DNA of 63,481 bases, filler included, from Globobulimina sp. (GCA_003354225.1; 18 parts of 18 records of this genome joined end to end with filler, not necessarily neighbours in it), one strand, 5' to 3'. Shown: positions 12,438 to 25,280, numbered from the whole stretch's first letter. The notes: generated from the sequence alone by a model not told the origin. Translations and numbers: made by a program.

Positions 12438-14042
12438 TCAAATGTTGCTACGCGAATAAGTTAGGAGTTGGATGTTAATAACTGTTTCATTGCAAGATCG
12501 TAAGCATGGCCTGTATTTCGCACAAAATGCTAGACATAAATCTTGATCTCTATCTGGCAAATAATTGACTAATGGACTTGCATATTTTATTCCGCATTCA
12601 TTAAAATAAAACTTTTGACTAAAACCATCATTCAAACACTGATTCATTCCAATATCCATCCCTGATTTAACACCTTTTATCGTTTTTGTAATAGACAAGC
12701 ATTCATCATTGGACTCATAAACCAAATTCCTTACAACAACACCGCGAATCTCACAAATTGCAAATGCTTTCCCATCAAACTGTTTCTTACTTTGTAAGCA
12801 TTGCTTCTCTCCGACTCCGAACAATATCTCCTCCGTACATTCAGTCAACATAAACATTTGCTTTCCATCGCCATCCAGACACTCCTCGACATCCAACTGA
12901 TCCAAAACAGGCTGCAGCTGACATGTCAAACATTGCTGCTTTATTCTTATTGTAATTAACTTGTGATTCTGTAACAATTTAGGTTTCGAATTATTTCTCC
13001 AATTATCCAATGTGTTCAATATTTTAATATCTTTTGTTGGATTAAACTTTCTTGCAAATAATGCTTTTGTTGATTGCAAAACAGGCAAATATTGCGATGT
13101 AATGTCAATGGGGCCAATACCACAAAAAGCAGTGTTTGAATGTGCATGTTTGCATTGCAATAAGTTCTTATCCGTATTAATAAATGGCCACAGCTCCAAT
13201 CTCCAGAAGTGCCAATCGACATTATTTGCATACGTATGGCATAAGGCACTGTTCATTAACAGCGTTACAAAAAAAGTCTCATCGGAAACAGCTGTCGGTC
13301 TGAAAAAGTCAACATAATCCGGCACAATTTCGTCATCTTCGACAACGAATTGAATAAAGTTATAATTATAAGTTGCCCATAACGATGAAATATAAATTGT
13401 AATGTCTTTGTTTTCATTTAATTGGCGTCTACCAACATGATACAATGCATTATCACATTCGCAATAAATATCTTGCAAATGCCCTTCAATTTTATTATGG
13501 TTCAATGGTTTTAACTTCTTCATCAATGTTTTGCCTCTGTATTGATCCAAGAAAGATTTAATTTTATTGCTGGATACCAAAGGATAATCAGATTCGCTCA
13601 GTGTCATAAAAAAATCAAATTGTAATTTTAAACATTGGATTGCATATTTCATTGCTTTCAACTGCACGTCAATTATACTGAAACCGCCCCATGTTATCTC
13701 CTGCTGTTCCATCTAAACAATAACAAAGTATATGTGTTGAAACTATATAGCAATATATCATAACTAAGTGTATGTTGCTGTGAGTTTTGGCAAAGTCGGA
13801 TATAATGGATATGATGTTATGTGCGGATTTTTTATCAATATGAATGAGAAACACATCATGGGAGGTATTGAGAGTGGATATTAACCGAATCACTTGATGT
13901 GAATGTTGGTGCATCATAATAAAATAAACAATGCGTATTATTTGATATGGTTTCGGCTTTGGATCCATGTGTTTTTGTACAAATATACGTGTGTTATTGT
14001 TACATAAATTTTGAAGAGCAAAAGAATAGGAATCAGCTTTGC
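12438..14042 (-). CDS. Core-2/I-branching (GT14, xylosyltransferase-like) glycosyltransferase with Cys-rich, ricin-B-like C-terminus; 5' truncated; intron 13764-13713
   Basis: IVYFIMMH, FLIHIDKK, ITWGGFS, TLSESDYPL, SDETFFVT, LFARKF; the intron joins NIHL|MEQQ in frame. Confidence 0.9.
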
Positions 14043-14687
14043 NNNNNNNNNNNNNNNNNNNNNNNNNNNNNNNNNNNNNNNNNNNNTTAATTAATTAANN
14101 NNNNNNNNNNNNNNNNNNNNNNNNNNNNNNNNNNNNNNNNNNCTTTGTTACATACAGATATGAAAGGGCGTACAATCGGATTTTATGTAAATAATTCAAG
14201 CAAATATCATAAAAAAGATGCAGCAGTTAAACTTGTCACGAAATGGGCTGCTGTGTTTGGTTTAGAATTTGATTATGATGAAAAATGACAAATATATTGT
14301 AATCTGAAAATACAGTACCTTTATAAATTAGACTGTTCGCAAATACATTGCTATTGTTTGAAGCAGTTTTGTTTTTCAATACAACTCCATTTCCGACTTT
14401 ATTCACATTCCATTCATCAACGAAGCTATAAAATTAATGCTAAACATATTTGATATACCAATGTTGGGATAATGTGATATGTGAAGGAGTGCCATATACA
14501 GTATACTCAGTATATTTATCTGTATATTTGACGGCATTGGTAGAAGTAAAAAAACTTTGCCTTTTTTGGAAGCTGGCTTAAATACAATATATTAATCCCT
14601 AACAACAGTAATTCACAAATTTGTAATGAATGATATTCGAATTCATTTATTGTCTGACATTGATTGGTTACCTCAGTTTCACATTAT

Positions 14688-16283
14688 CTAAAATTGATTT
14701 TCTTGCTGCAAACTGGACATCGATAAAGATCTCGATCTCGACCTCGAACTACAGACTGATATCGCTCTTGAACTTGATATGGACGCAGCTTTTTCTTTCA
14801 CCGCAGATACCATTTGGGATAAATTCGAAGCATTATACATATTTTCTTCATCCTCACTGAAAAACCTCTCACCGGATATTTGTTGCATATATTGGCATAA
14901 TTGACTCATTTTGTCAGTTTTCTCTTGTTCCGATCGCACAATCTCTCGCAATGAATTTGTGACTGTGGCCATAGTCACATTTTCTTGCGTCAGCTGACCC
15001 ATTTCATAGCGAATATTATCCATAACATTTGCCAATTCGATGTGTTCTTTTTCTTGGTTTTTGCGATGATATTTTTTATTAAATGTCCGCAATTTCCCTC
15101 TGTAAACATGCAGTTCTTTCTCCATACAATCTTTTTGTGAATGCGCTAAATTTATCTCCCGATCCAATAATCCTTTCAATTCAAGCTTTTCTTTATGGTG
15201 TTTTGCCTCCAATTTGCGAATGGTTTGGCTCATTTCACTCAATTCAGTCAAAAGATGCGTATTCTTCGAGTTCTTATGGAACTCAATCAGTTCTAAAACG
15301 TTTTTGTGTAATATTTCGATTGTATACGACTTAATATTTATAATTGACGACAATTTGTCAAATATTTTATGCCAATATTCTAAGATTTGATTGGTTGAAA
15401 ATAAAGTTTCTTGCTTTAAATATATATTATTTCTGTCATTTAACTGCAACACTTTTAAATAATGATTGCATTCATATTTCAAATCGTTAACTCTTTCTTC
15501 CATAAAACTGTCATTAATGTCATTATAATTATTATTACCATGAAACGTGTATTTATTGCTTTGATTTGTCATCAATTCTTCATATAATTTATACAGCAAA
15601 TCGTCATTTTTTGTATTGATGTTTGAAATGGAGTCAGTTAATATTTTCTCGTCAATTTGAAAGGATTTATTATCGAATTCTAACGCATTCATTTGATGCT
15701 CGGACAAACGCAGCAATTCGTGCAGAACCACAGTTTTTTTCCGGTGGAGATTACATTCTTTGTATACAGTTTGATATTTTTCTTGGTATATTTTGCATTC
15801 TTTCTTTATGTGTTTGCGGTGTTTATCAATTTGTTGCTTTTCATGTTTTATAAATGCAATTTGTTGCTGTAAATCTAATTTTTCCTTTCCAATATTTAAT
15901 AATATTTCTTGTAGAAATTTGTTAGTTTTCTTTGATTCATCATACAATCGCCCAATTTCGCGATGTTTAGACTGTGATGAATGTAAAATTAAATTTAATT
16001 CATCAATTTGTGCGTATAATTTATATTTGCAGATTGTAAGCATATCATTTTCAGCCTTTAATGATTCATTTTCATTCTTTAAATCAACCATTTCAATCAT
16101 TTTGTGACTGGTATTAATTTTTTTATATCTGCAGTCTGTTAAAATGTCATCCGATATTAGATTTGACTTAATTTTTAATCCATTATTTGGCTGAATTTCT
16201 TCATCATAATTGTTGTACGGCTGTGTATTTGCAACGAAATTGATATCAAACATAAACTTTAAATCCTCAAAAAACATAGTCAT
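14688..16283 (-). CDS. Coiled-coil protein (531 aa)
   Basis: Long intronless ORF rich in heptad E/K/Q/L residues, with an RS-like tail. Confidence 0.75.
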   Translation of the reverse strand: MTMFFEDLKFMFDINFVANTQPYNNYDEEIQPNNGLKIKSNLISDDILTDCRYKKINTSHKMIEMVDLKNENESLKAENDMLTICKYKLYAQIDELNLILHSSQSKHREIGRLYDESKKTNKFLQEILLNIGKEKLDLQQQIAFIKHEKQQIDKHRKHIKKECKIYQEKYQTVYKECNLHRKKTVVLHELLRLSEHQMNALEFDNKSFQIDEKILTDSISNINTKNDDLLYKLYEELMTNQSNKYTFHGNNNYNDINDSFMEERVNDLKYECNHYLKVLQLNDRNNIYLKQETLFSTNQILEYWHKIFDKLSSIINIKSYTIEILHKNVLELIEFHKNSKNTHLLTELSEMSQTIRKLEAKHHKEKLELKGLLDREINLAHSQKDCMEKELHVYRGKLRTFNKKYHRKNQEKEHIELANVMDNIRYEMGQLTQENVTMATVTNSLREIVRSEQEKTDKMSQLCQYMQQISGERFFSEDEENMYNASNLSQMVSAVKEKAASISSSRAISVCSSRSRSRSLSMSSLQQENQF

Positions 16284-16409
16284 GTTTGAATAATTTGTTG
16301 TAGAGTGCTTCGCGGAGTTAATTACGGATTGGTAACTTGATGAGTGTGTGTTTTCATTTTGTTTTTTCTACTCAAACTACAATCCTTTCATCCATACTTA
16401 TTCTCCAAA

Positions 16410-17575
16410 ATGTCGTTGCAAACAAATATTAATCAAATGGCACTGCAACAGCGAGTGTACGATCTGCTGCAAGCGACCCAACGGCTGCAATTAGAAAAGG
16501 AGGAATATTTGAAAGAAGTGGCAAGACTCAAATACGGCAATACAGAATTACAGGAAAAACTAAATTTGCTGCAAACGGTAACAATCGATTCTGCCCAACA
16601 AGCAAAATTATTAAGCCATCAGCTCTCGACTCATTCAATCGAATTAAATGCAGAAAATATTGAAAATACACAGTTAAAAAACAAATTAAAACAAAACATA
16701 AAAAGAACAAATAAAATCCGCAAAGAAAATGAATCGCTCAAACAAACAAATAAAAGATTACAAAATGAATTGGAAAAAATGAATATGAAATATAAGCACA
16801 CCAACAATGATTTGAATGACACCAATCTCCAAATTGAAGCATATAAAACCAAAATTATGCAATTAGAAAATGGCACTGATATGTTACAGCAACAAATAAT
16901 TAATTTCGCCTCGGAATACAGTGTAAATTCATTGAGTGATTCGGAGGAGAAATCAGTGGAAAATCCTATGCCAAATATCCATCAAAGAGAGAAAACATTA
17001 GATTTGAAATTAACCGCTTTTTTCAACAGTGCAGCAGCACAAAAACAAGGTGTCAGCAGAGGGTCAACAAAAAAGCTTTTCCAAAACTTGCCCATATCCG
17101 CTTTGAAAGATAATATTACGATTTATGATGATTATGATTATGAGGATGCGTTTGATATTGATGGAGCTGCGCAAATATTCAATGCCAGCAACAGTTCCAT
17201 TGATAGGCGGTCTGTTGTGTCATATACGCAGTCTATGTTTGGTTTAGGTTCACCAGTTTCCACTGCAAAGGATTACGAATTGTATGATGAAAATGGCGAG
17301 GATGAATGTGGAAAATTGAAATATAAAATTGTGGAATTGCAAGAAGTTATTCATAGAGAAAAAGTTGGGAATGATATCAAAATAAAAGTATTGAAGGAAA
17401 AGAATGAAAGTTGGAAGGAACAGTTGGGTGAAAAGGATGAGATTATTAAAAAATGTACGAGACAGAATTATGAATTGAGTGAGCAATTTAATTTCGAGAG
17501 AAATAAGTTGAGTGCGGATTGGAAGGCGGAGAAGGATGAAATAGTTCGGTTTTATGAGCAAAAAAGTGAAGAAAT
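16410..17575 (+). CDS. Coiled-coil protein, 3' truncated
   Basis: ATG at 16410 (MSLQTN); heptad-rich ORF open to the contig end. Confidence 0.75.
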
Positions 17576-17754
17576 NNNNNNNNNNNNNNNNNNNNNNNNN
17601 NNNNNNNNNNNNNNNNNNNTTAATTAATTAANNNNNNNNNNNNNNNNNNNNNNNNNNNNNNNNNNNNNNNNNNNNGTAAATGTTTTTGTTACTAAATTAC
17701 TAAAAAACTTGTACATCGTTTCTAGCCAAAAAAATTCTAGGCTGTGTAGCCATC

Positions 17755-20702
17755 ATGATGCAGTCGTTTGAAGCCTATATTATTTTGTTATCATTTTGTA
17801 TTATATCAGTGATATCAGCAAATCACACAAATGTCACAAATCACACAACCAATGCACCAAACACAACCATTGAAGCAAACATAGACGTAATACCAGCAGA
17901 AAATATACTATGGTCCCGTCTAGAAAATTATACGTGCAAGGATTTAATGCCAGCAATTAATATTTTTTACAATATATCACAAAGTGAATGTGAATCGCGA
18001 TGTTTATCATTTTTCAATAATTCAATGCAATGTACAGCAGCTGTATGGTATGAATATATTAAACCGACCGGGAATGATGTACCTCGATGTTATTTATTTG
18101 GGCAAAGTTGTGAATTGGAGGTGGTTTTTGAGAAACCGGTGACCGCTTCCTTTTGGTATTACAACATCACCCAAAATTTTAATTGCGTCAATTATCCCAA
18201 TAATTGGAAAGATAATTTCTTTGATGATTGTGATACATATTCGTTATTTAATTTTTGTGATTATGCATATAATTCATCAACAACAGCGATATTATCCTAT
18301 CAAGATACCATTTATGGTTTTGATGCATTGCAAGTGTGCTGTGGCTGCAATGGCGGTTTATTTAATTACAATGACAGATTTTTATTTGAACCTAAATGGA
18401 AACCAACATCAATATTAAATATCTATGGGGATTATACTGATTTTGTTTGCGAAGCTGTAGACATCGCTGCAACAACATCCATATTAGTGGACGAAGTAGG
18501 CATTCTTGACATGCATAAATTTAATTTTACTCAATTTGTTGGTTTATGTCAACATTTACACGCCTCCTTATATGATAAATATAAATTATTGCTATCGATC
18601 AGTGCAGACAACAATGACCTTATCAATGCCAAAAATATTTATTCGGATTTCAGCAAATTTACACAGTTTGATTGTGTCAAGAATTTATTATTAAATAATG
18701 TAACAATTTGTAATAACACTGATGAACATAACTTATATCCATTCATTATTGATTTAGAAGAAGACCATATTTATATTAATAATCATTTTATAAATTCAGA
18801 AACATTCGTTTATCATTTGCCGCCGACCAATGTTAACATTAAATCGTTTTGTTCGTTTTCAATGTTTCTAAATACTACGTTTCCAACCAAACCACCAACA
18901 AAGGAGCCAACATTTGAACCCACGATGGAGCCAACTACAAATCCTACAAATGAGCCAACAATAAATCCGACGCAAATTACATCCAATCCAACCTCGTCAC
19001 CAACAAATGACCCAACGTATGAACCGACATTCGAACCAACAACAATACCAACCAGCGAACCCACATACGAACCAACAACAATACCAACACAAATACCAAC
19101 CAATGATCCAACTCACGAACCAACTTTTGAACCAACAAAGGATCCAACAAATGAACCGACTGTAGAACCAACTGCAAATCCCACCAATTTACCAACAAAA
19201 AATCCAACAAACGAACCAACATTTTTACCAACAAATAATCCAACAAATGTACCATCAAATGAACCAACCCCAAATACCATAAATCCAACCGATAGTCCAT
19301 CGTTTGAGCCAACGTTTGAGCCATCGTCTGAGCCAACTGTGGAACCAACAGAAGCCCGAAGAAGTTAAATTTATCTGTTTTTTTAAATAACCCACTAATT
19401 ATTATCGCGTATACACAAACAACAGGATTACTAAATCATTATTATTCCACACCATATTTTAAGACCAATATTATGGCAGCATTTTTATGTCAAACCGGTT
19501 ATACCGAATCTCCCACCATATCACCCACCAAATATCCCACTATACCGCCCACACAAAGTTCACGTGACGTGGGGGAATATGACACAACATTGGAAATTGA
19601 TGAATCGAGCTCGGAAAATGATACAAAAGCATTGTCAGGCGGTGCTGTTGCAGGCATTGTTATTACCATATTAGCATTGTGTATATTGATTTGTGGTTTG
19701 ATATATTGCTTTGTGATAAAAAAGCCCACTCCAAAGGCAATTGTTGGTCTAGGACACAATATGAATGCCGTACCCCCTCCGGATATGGATGAAAGTGCGC
19801 AAGAGGAGCAAAAAACGGATGTACCAGGCCCCATACCAGGAATGTTAGAAATGCAAATGGTGTCGACCTATGAAAGTGAAATGGGTTATTCGTGGAAAGG
19901 AAAGAGAATGAGAAGCTGGACCAATGCTGAGATATTAGATTGGATAAAATGTATGAATTTGGGTGTATGGCAGGATGAAATATTAAATGTGATTGAGTCG
20001 AATGGTATTACCGGTGAAGATATTGTCGAACTAAAATCTTCCGACGATGTGGGTGAAGCATTTGAAATCACCGACAATAAGGGATTATGTAAGCAGATTT
20101 TTAAAGAAATTAAAGATTTTAAAGCAAATTTAAAAGGCGGTAAAGGTAGATTTAGAGTAAATATTTTTGTCGGAAATGAGCATTTGACATTGGATGAAGA
20201 GGTAGAAAAAACAGATACAATTAAAAAAATTAAGACGATGTATAAAATTCAGGAAAGGATTGATTTTGAGCTTAATCATATTCATTTTCGATATAAAAGA
20301 AAAGAATTATATATTGGATAATAAAACATTGCAACAATATGGGATAACAAATGAGAAACATTTAATTGAGGTGGAATTGGATAAAGTGTTTCCTATTTAT
20401 ATATTTGCCCAAGGCGTCAATTTGACTTTAAATCAAAAGGTAACCAAAGATTATAAAATTCGACAAATTAAAGAAATGTATAAAAGTCAATCTGGTGTTT
20501 ATGCAAATTTACAAGATATTCAGTTTTATAAAAAGAGCAAATTATTAGAATCTAATGTATGTTTTTTTTTAATGATAAATAATATTCAATTTATATTAAA
20601 AATATAAAACAGAAAACATTGGCGCAATGTGGTATTGTTGACGATAAGCATTTGATATCAGTTAGATTTGAGACTGCTGGTGGCGGTGATTCAAATATAT
20701 GA
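17755..20702 (+). CDS. Type I membrane receptor-like protein: signal peptide, Cys-rich (PAN/apple-like) ectodomain, PT repeats, TM, SAM domain, two ubiquitin-like domains; introns 19364-19425 and 20557-20612; frameshift near 20310
   Basis: Intron 1 yields ARRRLLNH. TM GAVAGIVITILALCILICGLIYCF; SAM WTNAEILDWI...GITGEDI; UBL repeats DTIKKIK...KTLQQYGI and IRQIK...KTLAQCGI...ETAGGGDSNI*. Confidence 0.78.
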
Positions 20703-21208
20703 ATTATGATTATGTCAAATGGATGTTGTTTTTCTGGTGCGTTGTTGTGTGTTTTTTTTGTGTTAATATAGTTAATATACTCATTATCGATTAATTTCTA
20801 TGACTATTAAAAATGTTTTGGAATTTAATTCTGAAATTTCTTACTGAATTTCCTAAGAATTTTCAGTAAAAAATCCTCCCACACCACTTAAAAACAATAA
20901 CCAATCTAGAATTTTCCAGTGGGTCTTCATAAATCCAATTGCTTCGAAATGGATCCTAAAATAAATAAAGAACTGCTAGGTACGATGCAGGCACTGCAGC
21001 CTGGCAAAACCCGCGCAGAACTTGAATATATGTCAACTATTTGGAAATCATTCTCCAAATTCGCTAAAAATATAGTGGACGCAAATGAAAAATTATCAAA
21101 AGCAATACNNNNNNNNNNNNNNNNNNNNNNNNNNNNNNNNNNNNNNNNNNNNTTAATTAATTAANNNNNNNNNNNNNNNNNNNNNNNNNNNNNNNNNNNN
21201 NNNNNNNN

Positions 21209-24200
21209 ATTCCTTTGCCAGGCTCGCCGCCGCCGACTGCTTCAGAGAACTCTGGCTTATTATCACCCAAACTCGAGGATGATGACCGCAAATTGTCATT
21301 GGATTCGAATTCATCAGAAATTGAAGAGAAAGATAGCAAATCAAGATTTCAATTTAAATATCAACCACAATCCGAATCAGAGACACTTCGATTATCATCG
21401 GATGAGTTTATATCTTTGCATGACCGGTTACTCATTTATACCAGTTCTGGACAGGAAAACTCTGTGCCACCTCATCTCATCAACGTATGTTATTTGTTCT
21501 TGTTTTGAGCTGTTCGTACTGTAATTGCCAATATTGGATTTGTTTCTTTTTTTGGGTCTCCATTGTTCGGAATTTGTAATCGATATTTTTTATTCGTTTC
21601 TGGTAATGTTTAATGTCACTGTTCATTTTAGCTATTTGTGAGTCGAATAATTCTGTTTTATCCAATTGCGTTAAGTACGATTTCAACAATGAATATAATG
21701 ATAATACAATTCGAATACGGTCGATTGGCTTTTTTAGGGTAAAATTGATTTTTGAAGGTTGAGAAAATGGAATGGAATGGATATAAAACATTTGATTCAA
21801 ATAATCTCCTAATTCTAGCGTTGTTTGTAACCATTTATCTGCCGTTACTTTGTTTGATTGAGAATATATTTGATTTAGAACAGTTATATGTTTATGCAAT
21901 TCTTGGTCCATTAACGTGTCTGTTATTGATTCTGAACCGGAGATATCCGCTGAAATTGTATGACATATATTATATTCTGTAATGTCATCAGTTTGATACA
22001 ATTGCTTTTGTGCTTCATCATCTTTTTGTTGTTCTAAATCAAATACTTTATTTTTCAATGAATGTAATTGTTGGTGCATTTGCTGTAAATGTTTTTCTTT
22101 TGTATTTATTTGATTTAAAATGTGTTCTAAAACGTTTTGTAGTTCGTCAAATTCCATTGTAGATACATTTAATAACGTATTTGAATGTATGATTATAGGA
22201 TTATCAGTCACTAATTTGACAATAAATTGATCAAAAGCGCTGGCTTTACGGTGACTGGCTACCAATTCATTGTTTAAATCATTTACATTTTGTCTTAATA
22301 CTTTCTCGTTAAACATATCTCCGTCATTGATTTGAATTGCTTTATTTGATGTTGTCACAGACACCGCAATCATTTGAGTATTGATACATTTTGTGTTTTT
22401 CTCCACTTCCAACAATACTTTTTTTAGTTCACTATTTGATAATTCATCGACAGTTTTTTCATTCATTCCGTTTTCCTCAGTTTTATTAATCGTTTCCATA
22501 ATGTTTACTACAAATTTCTGCAAAATATGCTTTCTTTTTTGTAATTTTTGCATTTTATTTGATTTTCTTAATGTAAGATTAGTATTTATTAAATCATTAA
22601 TTTTTCCCCGTAGTATATTTTGTTGATTGTTATCACATTCTAATGCTTTCAATAAAATTTGAATATGGTTTATTAACTCATCAATTTCTACAATCATTGC
22701 TTTTAAATTATCTCTGGATTTTGAGCTGATATTCATTTTTGAAAATTTATTGACAATCGATACTGTTTCAATTGCAGGAATTTTAATTTTAAAATTATTC
22801 AATGTCGTTTTGAGCTGTTTGTTGTATGATCGTACAGTGCCGATAGCTTTGGACAATACAACATTGCAAATATTAACCTCTGTATTCTCATATTCTTGAG
22901 GTGTGTGTGATTTATTTGCATTTTGTAGCTCTTTAATTATTTGTTGCTGTTCAAAAATCTGTTTCTCATTCCCTTTAACTGTTTGTTGTAATCCGTTGTT
23001 ATTTTCATGCATTGTCGTAAGTTCAGCTTTTAATGATTCATTTTTTTTGAACTGTTGTTGATTAACATTTGATTGTTTTTTTAATTTCGATCTTAAAATC
23101 AATATTTGTTCATTCGACTTGTGTTGTAATTGTTTTTCTATTTCATTTTCAACAGCTTCGGTATGGTTATATTCATTTTGAGTTTGCAGCTCATGATCAA
23201 AAATATCAACTGATGCAGAAATATCTGTATCTCTCATTTGTGATTGCAACAAAATTATTGATTGTTTCAGTTGATTGATTGCTTTCTGATCTTGCATAAT
23301 ATTCATTGATTTCTATTTTATTTTTGTTGTTGTCTGTTTTATAGGATTATGAAGTATAAAAAATATATATTATTCATAATTTACACAGAAATCATTACGA
23401 AATTGGACGAATGAAGATGTAGTGGAATTTTTTGAACAAGAATTACAAGCGTCGCGAACAGTAATTGATGAAAAATATCATCATGGAATCATTGCTATTT
23501 TAAAAAAAACCAAAGTAACTGGATTAAAATTACAAGCTACACATGCATCGCATGAAGAATTTCGAGACATAATATTTAATCATAATACAACGAACGCTAC
23601 ATTTGAATTATTTGCTGATGATGAATCTGAAAAAGATATCGTTGCTGCCGAATTACAGAAAGTTATTCAATTACAGATAATGAAAAAACAAGTTCAAGAT
23701 ATTGTGCCAAAGGTTTGTTGCATTAATGTTATAAAACTAATAAATGATCTCAATAATATTTATATATAGTTTGAGATTGCCCAAAAAATCCAAAAATTGA
23801 GAGCAACCTATTATGAGCAGGGTGGTCGAGATTGTTTAGAAAAGCATGAAACACTGGATATTGTTAGTCAGAATAAAAAGTATTACCAACATATTTTGTC
23901 AAAATGGAGATTCTATCATTACAAATGGAAATTGATGATTGCTGATTTACGCATTGCTTTCCCATTATTGTCATATTTAACTGTGATGGATATGCGATTT
24001 ATATGCAAACAGGCGGAGTTATATAAATTTTACAACACTAATACTGCGGCAATAATACTAAGCGGCAATAATACTGCTTTAAAGCCACACATTCAAAATA
24101 ATTACACCAGCAATTTGGCACAGTCACACATTCAAAAATTAACGGCTAAATTCGCATTTATACGCAGAAAAATAGAAAATAAAGACACCATAAAAATAAT

Positions 24201-24641
24201 TTCAAAATGGAAGACTTTGGATACTTCAATTTATATTTACGAATTATGGCAATGGTTAAATTCTACATTTCGGAAATCCAATGAATTTAAAAATATATTG
24301 AATGAAGACGAAGAAGTAACAGCAGGACCAATATGTGATGAAATATCAGAATCTGAATTAACAGAGTTACGAATGCGAATTAATACTTATTTAGAATTAT
24401 ATGCATTTGCCAAATATGAGAAAAATTTCAAACAACACCAATCTACACTCAATAATTTAGCAATTAACATATGCAAAACATTGAATATAATGAATGACTC
24501 CTTCACAGTGAATGACACCAAACAATTATTAAAAACAACTGAACCGTTTGATGAACGAAAGATATTTGGCACTTTAGGCAGATATTTGAGTGATGAATTT
24601 GAAGAACGGGCAGTTGAACCGATGCAAACTGGAATGACTCT
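21209..24641 (+). CDS. SAM-like domain protein, partial at both ends; exons 21209-21484, 23389-23712, 23770-24641 (possible 9-nt micro-exon 23345-23353)
   Basis: Donor AAC|GTATGT at 21485 and acceptor TTACACAG at 23388 join in phase 0 to give HLIN|KSLRNWTNEDVVEFF. The second intron, 23713-23769, is also in frame. Confidence 0.65.
21480..23306 (-). CDS. Intronless coiled-coil protein (608 aa) nested antisense in the long intron of the SAM-like gene
   Basis: Uninterrupted 1827-bp ORF in AT-rich DNA, heptad-rich. Confidence 0.82.
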   Translation of the reverse strand: MNIMQDQKAINQLKQSIILLQSQMRDTDISASVDIFDHELQTQNEYNHTEAVENEIEKQLQHKSNEQILILRSKLKKQSNVNQQQFKKNESLKAELTTMHENNNGLQQTVKGNEKQIFEQQQIIKELQNANKSHTPQEYENTEVNICNVVLSKAIGTVRSYNKQLKTTLNNFKIKIPAIETVSIVNKFSKMNISSKSRDNLKAMIVEIDELINHIQILLKALECDNNQQNILRGKINDLINTNLTLRKSNKMQKLQKRKHILQKFVVNIMETINKTEENGMNEKTVDELSNSELKKVLLEVEKNTKCINTQMIAVSVTTSNKAIQINDGDMFNEKVLRQNVNDLNNELVASHRKASAFDQFIVKLVTDNPIIIHSNTLLNVSTMEFDELQNVLEHILNQINTKEKHLQQMHQQLHSLKNKVFDLEQQKDDEAQKQLYQTDDITEYNICHTISADISGSESITDTLMDQELHKHITVLNQIYSQSNKVTADKWLQTTLELGDYLNQMFYIHSIPFSQPSKINFTLKKPIDRIRIVLSLYSLLKSYLTQLDKTELFDSQIAKMNSDIKHYQKRIKNIDYKFRTMETQKKKQIQYWQLQYEQLKTRTNNIR

Positions 24642-24741
24642 NNNNNNNNNNNNNNNNNNNNNNNNNNNNNNNNNNNNNNNNNNNNTTAATTAATTAANNN
24701 NNNNNNNNNNNNNNNNNNNNNNNNNNNNNNNNNNNNNNNNN

Positions 24742-24860
24742 TCGCTACCCTCGCTAGAAACATCCCTCCTCCCACTCTCAATACTATCTAAAGCTCGCTA
24801 CGCTCGCCAGACCCCCACCCCCTAAAACTCGCTGCGCTCGCATACTATATACTATATCCT
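24742..24860. repeat. 119-bp exact terminal repeat, copy 1 (contig start)
   Basis: TCGCTACCCTCGCTAGAAAC...ATACTATATCCT is identical to 28056-28174. Confidence 0.97.
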
Positions 24861-24904
24861 ATTCTATACTATATTATACTATCCTATACTAGGTACTAAA
24901 CATA

Positions 24905-25280
24905 TATGACAAAAATAGGTGACAAAACACAAGATTTGTCCACCAATTGTCCACTACACAAAAATTGCATATGACAAAAACAGACAATGTCAACAAAAAT
25001 GTCGCAAACTGACAAATATTACATGACAAAGGCAGACAATGTCACATAAAAAAAGCACATGACAATGACATTTGTGACAAGGTTGACTAGGTTGTCGCGA
25101 GCGAATGACAATAATTTAGAGCAAAAATATGATCTGCTACTTATGACAAAGACAAATAGATGTTTTTGTCGTACCTTTGTCGCATAGTTCTGTCATAAAT
25201 GACAATTGTGACAACGAAATGTACTATTTTGTGAAATGTCAACATGTTACCCCTCACTTAACCAACTGATATTTGTCCAC
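24905..25280. repeat. Dense cluster of GACAA/TTGTC motifs in both orientations
   Basis: Roughly 20 copies counted by eye in about 375 bp of non-coding DNA. Confidence 0.8.

Noticed and set aside
18813-19348. Gly/Val-rich antisense ORFs (also 4587-4817 and 62457-62681)
   Set aside because: Reverse complements of PT-repeat coding sequence.
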